Shown here piece after piece: positions 59,087 to 64,000 of a stretch of 64,000 bases of DNA. Made by a program: the position numbers and the translations under genes. Source of the DNA: Candidatus Latescibacterota bacterium (GTDB lineage: Bacteria > Latescibacterota > UBA2968 > SICM01). The notes beneath the pieces were generated by a model that made no database searches, was not told the DNA's origin, and worked only from the letters and a program-made list of their open reading frames with translations. Position 1 is the first letter of the stretch; each line of letters begins with the position of its first letter. The DNA is taken from the NCBI GenBank assembly GCA_965217865.1, contig CBDCJO010000002.1:960001-1024000 (forward strand), written 5' to 3'.

Positions 59087-59123
59087 TTGAAGAGATTGAA
59101 GATTGAAGAAGCGGTAATCCCCA

Positions 59124-59822
59124 ATGGCGGTCGTAACAACGTCACGGCAAATGGGAAGCGGAGGGGATCGGGTCGGGGCTCGAGTTGCGGAATTGTTGGG
59201 CTACGATCTGGTCGAAAAGGCCCTCATCACGGAGATCGCCCGGGAGGCCAATGTCTCCGAGTCGGAGGTCGAACGCTTCGATGAACGGATAGAGAGCCCC
59301 GTCAAGGGTTTTCTCCGTAGTCTGGTGACGCCGTCCCGTTCCGTTCCGGTGCCTCCCGCCATGTTATGGGGCCTTGAGTTTCCCTACGAAGTCTCTGCTG
59401 CGTTGATCGACAACGAGAACATCGTTTCCGAGGAGGTTCACTTCCTCGATCAAAAATCCTACCTTGAATTTCTTCAAGCCACGGTAGAACGTCTCTGGGA
59501 GCGCGACCGGGTCGTGATTTCGGGCAGAGGGAGTATGATGATCCTTAAAGGACGGCCAAGGACCCTCTCGATACGGACCGTAGCCCCGATAGCCTTCCGG
59601 ATAGAAAACATCATGACCCGATTCGAACTCTCCCGGGAAAAAGCCATCGATCGGATTCAGAAGGGCACAAAGCGCAGGGCGGCTTATATTAAGGCCAACT
59701 ACGGCGTCGACTGGGAGGATCCGACGCTGTATCATCTTGTCCTCAATACCGAACAACTGGGGATCGAAGGCGCTTCTCAGGTCATCGTCGAAGCCGTGAA
59801 GAGGCTCGAAGAGCAATCGTAG
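59124..59822 (+). CDS. Cytidylate kinase-like family protein
   Basis: T.SRQ.GSGG, VI.GRG, R..Y....Y..DW.DP..YHL.LNT. Confidence 0.85.
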   Translation: MAVVTTSRQMGSGGDRVGARVAELLGYDLVEKALITEIAREANVSESEVERFDERIESPVKGFLRSLVTPSRSVPVPPAMLWGLEFPYEVSAALIDNENIVSEEVHFLDQKSYLEFLQATVERLWERDRVVISGRGSMMILKGRPRTLSIRTVAPIAFRIENIMTRFELSREKAIDRIQKGTKRRAAYIKANYGVDWEDPTLYHLVLNTEQLGIEGASQVIVEAVKRLEEQS

Positions 59823-59848
59823 AGACATCGCGTTTTTAGGAATGTTCC

Positions 59849-60952
59849 GTGGAACCACAATACATCATCAAGAATCCGGACGATCTGCCAACGCCGGCCC
59901 TGGTCGTCTACCGGGACCTTGTACAGTCGAATATAGACCGGATCGGGGAGATCCTTGGGGGCTACGAGAAGCTCCGTACGCACGTGAAAACCCACAAGTG
60001 CTCCGCCATTATCAAGATGAAGCAAGCTTCGGGGATCCACAAGTTTAAATGCGCCACCCCCAAAGAGGCCGAGATGCTCGTGGCCAACGGGGTCAGGGAT
60101 CTCGTGATCGGTTATCAACTCCTCGGACCGTCGGTGCGCAGGGTGGCTGAGCTCAAGGCCCGCACCCCGGACCTGGAACTCGCTGTTCTGGTTGATGACC
60201 CCGGTGCGGTGGATGCGCTCTGTAAAGCGGCGGTGGACGCGGATGTGGAGATGGGTGTGTTTGTGGACCTCAATCCGGGAATGAACCGAACGGGGGTTCC
60301 GGGGCCCGAGGAAGCGAAGGAGATCGCCAGGCGGATCTCCGACAGCCCGGGCCTGCGTTTCGATGGGATCCACGTGTATGACGGTCATATCCACGACCAG
60401 GACGATGAAATCCGGAGTCAGCGGGTGAAGACCTCCGTGGATTGGGCTCTTTCTGCGAAAGCGCTGATTGAAAAGGATGGCATTACGGTCAATAAGCTCA
60501 TCACCTCCGGGTCATCCACTTTCGACATGGCTGCCCGGCATCCGGAGGTGGATGAGGTATCCCCAGGAACGTGGATCCTGTGGGACCGGAACTATGCGGA
60601 GAACCTTCGGGACTGGTTTCGATGTGCGGCTCTGGTCGTCAGCAGGGTGATCAGCCGGCCTACTCCTCGCACCTTCACCGTGGAAGCCGGATCCAAATCG
60701 ATCAGTACAGACATCGTGGGGGCCCGCCACGCAGAGGCCCTGAATTTTCCAAACGCCAAATATCTGATTCGAAACGAGGAGCATATGGCGATGGAACTGC
60801 CCGAGGGTACGGAACCGCCCGGTGTCGGGGATCTTGTCTATTTTACGCTTCGGCACGTCTGCACGACGGTCAATCTGTGGGACGAGATGCGTGTGGTGGA
60901 TGGGGAGGGACGCTATGTGGAGACCTGGCCGATCGATGCGCGGGGACACTAA
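59849..60952 (+). CDS. D-threonine aldolase / DSD1-like fold-type III PLP enzyme
   Basis: TPAL, R.H.KTHK, GM.RTG, YDGH, GS.T, EVSPG, EEH, H.C.T.NL. Confidence 0.85.
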   Translation: MEPQYIIKNPDDLPTPALVVYRDLVQSNIDRIGEILGGYEKLRTHVKTHKCSAIIKMKQASGIHKFKCATPKEAEMLVANGVRDLVIGYQLLGPSVRRVAELKARTPDLELAVLVDDPGAVDALCKAAVDADVEMGVFVDLNPGMNRTGVPGPEEAKEIARRISDSPGLRFDGIHVYDGHIHDQDDEIRSQRVKTSVDWALSAKALIEKDGITVNKLITSGSSTFDMAARHPEVDEVSPGTWILWDRNYAENLRDWFRCAALVVSRVISRPTPRTFTVEAGSKSISTDIVGARHAEALNFPNAKYLIRNEEHMAMELPEGTEPPGVGDLVYFTLRHVCTTVNLWDEMRVVDGEGRYVETWPIDARGH

Positions 60953-60953
60953 A

Positions 60954-61107
60954 GTCAGGGGTCGGAGGTCAGAGGTCAGGGATCGGGAAACGTGAGACGT
61001 GAAACGGGAAAAGGCAGTAGCAGTGGCAGGGAAAGCAAAGTCAGGGGTCAGAGGAAATTGAAGATTGACGATTGAAGAATGAAGATTAAAATACAAAGTG
61101 CAAAAAA
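60954..61107 (+). repeat. Mosaic of short tandem heptamer/hexamer repeats
   Basis: GTCAGGG GTCGGAG GTCAGAG GTCAGGG; AACGTGA GACGTGA AACGGGA; GGCAGT AGCAGT GGCAGG; GATTGAC GATTGAA GAATGAA GATTAAA. Confidence 0.85.
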
Positions 61108-61141
61108 CGTCGTGTCGATGCATCATCTTTAGGTTGCTGCC

Positions 61142-62113
61142 GTGATCGATCTTCTTGATTGTCTTTTCAGAACTGAAGCGCTTCAGATCGCGCCTGCTGA
61201 TAGCCCCTTCTGGTACACCTCGGGCACAATCGGACCCTATTATATCAACACGGAATATCTTTACGGGAATCGCGAGAAGGCTGATGAACTGCTTGCGTTG
61301 ATCGATCGGGAAAAGGATGATCCCGTGCGTTGCGTTTCTCTTGTATGGGATGGGGTCCGAAAGAATTATGAAGCCGAATCGATTTACCGAGATGTGATGG
61401 ACGGAATCGTCGCAACGGCCCGAGAGGAAATAGATCTGAACCGCTTCGACTATGTCTCGGGTGGCGAAAGGAGAGACTGGTTCTTCTCACTCATGGCCGG
61501 GATCCTTTTGAACCGGCCGACCCTGGCGATTTTCAAGGATCTGAACACGCTTTCCATCTCCACGGATGGTGAGGTCAGGTACGTCGACCGGCTGGACAAG
61601 AAACGGTGCCTTCACGTTGCAGACCTGGTGACCGAAGCCTCGAGTTATATGAGGGGATGGATTCCGGCCATCTGCGGGCGGGGGGGAGATTTGACTTGCG
61701 CGATCAACGTCGTAGACCGTGACCAGGGCGGCGAGGATGTCTTGAGGGGCCACGGGATCGAACCGCGTGCCTTGCTTAAGATCGATCCGTCCCTTTTCGA
61801 GACGATCCGGGAGCGCGGGCTCATCGATGACGGACAACTCACGGCGCTTCATGCGTACCACGCAGATCCCAGAGGAACGATGCGGGATTTCCTCAAGGGT
61901 CATCCGAATTTTCAGGCGAACTCCCTGGCATCGGGGGACGAGCGTGTTGCCACGCGGGCCCGGCTGATGGAAGAGACCGATCCGTATGAGATTATGGAAA
62001 TGAAAAATGGAAAATGGAAAGTGCAAATTGAAAAGCACCTCTTATTCCCACAATCGGGAATCCAGGAGGAGGACGAAAGAAAAAGTCTATTATTATCGCT
62101 TGGGGAGCAGTAG
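61142..62113 (+). CDS. Orotate phosphoribosyltransferase-like protein
   Basis: PFWYTSG.IGPYYIN, SGGERRDW.FS, PRPP loop HVADLVTEASS, VVDR.QGG. Confidence 0.75.
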   Translation: MIDLLDCLFRTEALQIAPADSPFWYTSGTIGPYYINTEYLYGNREKADELLALIDREKDDPVRCVSLVWDGVRKNYEAESIYRDVMDGIVATAREEIDLNRFDYVSGGERRDWFFSLMAGILLNRPTLAIFKDLNTLSISTDGEVRYVDRLDKKRCLHVADLVTEASSYMRGWIPAICGRGGDLTCAINVVDRDQGGEDVLRGHGIEPRALLKIDPSLFETIRERGLIDDGQLTALHAYHADPRGTMRDFLKGHPNFQANSLASGDERVATRARLMEETDPYEIMEMKNGKWKVQIEKHLLFPQSGIQEEDERKSLLLSLGEQ

Positions 62114-62146
62114 ATTAGGAACAAAGAAGACGATCCCTGATTAAAC

Positions 62147-62230
62147 GCCGAAGTGGTGAAACTGGTAGACGCGCCGGACTCAAAATCCGGTGGCCGCGAG
62201 GCCGTGAGGGTTCGAGTCCCTCCTTCGGCA
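62147..62230 (+). tRNA. tRNA-Leu (CAA), CCA not encoded
   Basis: GCCGAAG/CTTCGGC acceptor stem, CCGGA-CTCAAAA-TCCGG anticodon arm, long variable arm, GGTTCGAGTCC. Confidence 0.96.
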
Positions 62231-62242
62231 TTTAGAAAAATC

Positions 62243-62279
62243 AAGGACTTACGGATTTTTTCCTGTAAGTCCTTTTTTT
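62243..62279 (+). terminator. Intrinsic terminator after tRNA-Leu
   Basis: AAGGACTTAC...GTAAGTCCTT stem followed by a T run. Confidence 0.75.
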
Positions 62280-62963
62280 AATTTTGAAGTGAGTCTCCAA
62301 AAAGTCTCCATCCAGGTTGACGTAAGACACTTTTTTTAGGTCGGAATCACAGAACGAGATATCGGTTTCTGGACTCCGTGCGTGACTAATTTATACTATT
62401 CTGATAAGCAGGCTTCGACTTTCTAATCCACACAAGATGAGCAATGGATAAGCTTTTGTATCTCGTTATGTTAAGAGAATCGCCTGTCAAGCAATATTTC
62501 CAAAAATGCTTGACAAATTCATATTTAACAACATATTAATTAAAAAATACTTGTTGACAATTTAGGACAATTAAGTTAATATTTAAGCCAAAATAGGAAT
62601 GGGCCGGTGCGTGAACACCGACCCATTGATCCCACACTGTCCTTTTGCGCACCACACGCTGTCGGAATATGCGGGTATTTGTATAAAATATACTCGGAAT
62701 TGTAGCGAATCCAATAAAAAAAGGAGATTCTTAAGTAAATCACCCCGCCCAAAGGGCGGGGCATTAACCACTCCCCTCCCCAAACAGATCCAACTGTAGG
62801 GGCCCTTTCTGCTCTTGAAGATGAAACCGAATATATCCTCTGATCACTTTAGAAGTTACCTTTTCGACTACGGTACGGACAAAACAGCCTTTTAGCTTAC
62901 CCTCAGCAAGCTAAACTTTTCCTCCCCTTCCAAAGGAAGGGGTATCCAAGTTCAAATACTTTC

Positions 62964-63182
62964 ATGAAACGAAAAAAAATTCAGCCCCAGGACATTGATG
63001 CTCGATACCTCGATCGAATTGAGGCCGCGAAGTATTTGCGAACAACCCCAGGAGTAATTTCTGTCCTGGCCAGCCAGGGTCGACTCCCCGCAATTCGGCT
63101 GAGAGGGCCGAAAGGTGCCTGTCGAAAGCTGTTATTTGATCGTGAAGATCTTGATTGTTTGCTCCAGGGGGCGAAAAAGTGA
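62964..63182 (+). CDS. Excisionase-type helix-turn-helix (HTH_17) protein
   Basis: YL...EAA.YL.........A.QG.LP.......RKLLF.REDLD..L. Confidence 0.75.
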   Translation: MKRKKIQPQDIDARYLDRIEAAKYLRTTPGVISVLASQGRLPAIRLRGPKGACRKLLFDREDLDCLLQGAKK

Positions 63183-63203
63183 CCAGCCAAAGGAGGTGGA
63201 TAC

Positions 63204-63548
63204 TTGAGTGATAAGTGCAATCCCAACTATCTTTTGAAGACCTATCCCCAATATAAATCGAAACGTTACGATGACGGAATTTGCTATATCCAAACTCGTT
63301 TTAAAGGTCCTGAGTTTGGGTCTCTCACCTTTGATGTATACGTCTATTCAGATACCTACCTTGCTGCTTGTGTGCCTCCTAGAACTGGCACAAGCCTCTT
63401 AAACAGATTCCCAGAAAAATTCAAGTTACACCAGGACGCTCAGGACGGTAAGATTTTGTTGTTCCGCGAAGAACAGAATCCAGACGATCCCTCCATAGCG
63501 GCCACAAAGCCGCCGAATTTTCAGCGATCTCTGCTCAACCTGTATTAG
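63204..63548 (+). CDS. Hypothetical protein (element-borne, possibly truncated)
   Basis: AAGGAGGT RBS; co-oriented directly after the HTH gene. Confidence 0.5.
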   Translation: MSDKCNPNYLLKTYPQYKSKRYDDGICYIQTRFKGPEFGSLTFDVYVYSDTYLAACVPPRTGTSLLNRFPEKFKLHQDAQDGKILLFREEQNPDDPSIAATKPPNFQRSLLNLY

Positions 63549-63589
63549 AACACGGATCTTAGTTTTTAGATCGAAATTTACACCCGGAA

Positions 63590-63826
63590 ATGCAATCTAT
63601 GGAACCCTTGATTGATAAAAAACAAGCGGCCAAACTTCTGGAGGTGTCTGAGTCTTGGGTCAGCGGTGCGGTGGCTCGGTAAAAGATTCCGCATTTAAAG
63701 CTCCGACCCGGGAAGGGGGTGGTCCGATTTCGGGAGAGCGAGTTTGAGCAGTGGGCTGGAGAGCGGTTGGTTCCAGAGCGAGGGTTCTTCATCGACCAAG
63801 GAGGTAGGAATGACCGGCATAAATAA
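63590..63826 (+). pseudogene. Second excisionase-type HTH gene with an in-frame premature stop
   Basis: Manual translation MQSMEPLIDKKQAAKLLEVSESWVSGAVAR*KIPHLKLRPGKGVVRFRESEFEQWAGER...; TAA at 63680-63682. Confidence 0.72.
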
Positions 63827-64000
63827 CTTTACATGGTAACGAATCTGTTGATGATGCTGAACCGATGCTAGTTGAGTCTGCGCAACATGACCCGGATGAT
63901 TTTCCGGAAGAATGATTTCGAATTCTGTGGTGAAATAATCGATTGATTGGAGGGTCTTCCTTTCGGAGGCTAAGGGCGTGTTCTCTGTCACGCCACCCTC

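Larger units (their letters stand above)
62231..64000. mobile_element. Probable edge of a tRNA-Leu-integrated element (decayed island or prophage-like), running off the window
   Basis: Abrupt AT-rich shift after the tRNA, AGTCTCCA tandem direct repeat (62292, 62303), two excisionase-type HTH genes; no integrase in the window. Confidence 0.6.

Noticed and set aside
60954-61107. Possible CRISPR array
   Set aside because: Units are 6-7 bp tandem repeats with no spacers, and no cas genes lie in the window

Overview
Bacterial chromosomal window, moderately GC-rich, from a diderm (lpxH, TolC). DUF6785/6784-like and C25/FlgD-Ig proteins suggest an FCB-group candidate lineage such as Latescibacterota (inference). 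From left to right it holds: (1) glycerate kinase, a TPR-parvulin and a lipid/envelope cassette (frameshifted flippase-like gene, TolC, DUF3047, MlaC-like, radical SAM); (2) a dcw cluster (mraZ to ftsZ, - strand) lacking mraY, murD and ddl, with a broken response regulator in the mraY-murD position; (3) a candidate ~190-nt structured ncRNA divergent from mraZ; (4) korAB flanked by two CBS genes; (5) lpxH and an ECF sigma/anti-sigma/HtrA-like trio whose protease lacks the catalytic His and Asp; (6) SDR, pabB and tRNA-Phe; (7) a surface-modification cluster with a doubled nucleotidyltransferase/CDP-alcohol phosphotransferase, methyltransferases, radical SAM and Wzx; (8) a 1930-aa gingipain-like protein; (9) a metabolic/chaperone run with mosaic heptamer-repeat spacers; (10) tRNA-Leu followed by the decayed edge of an integrative element. 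All calls come from reading motifs by eye; no database search was run.
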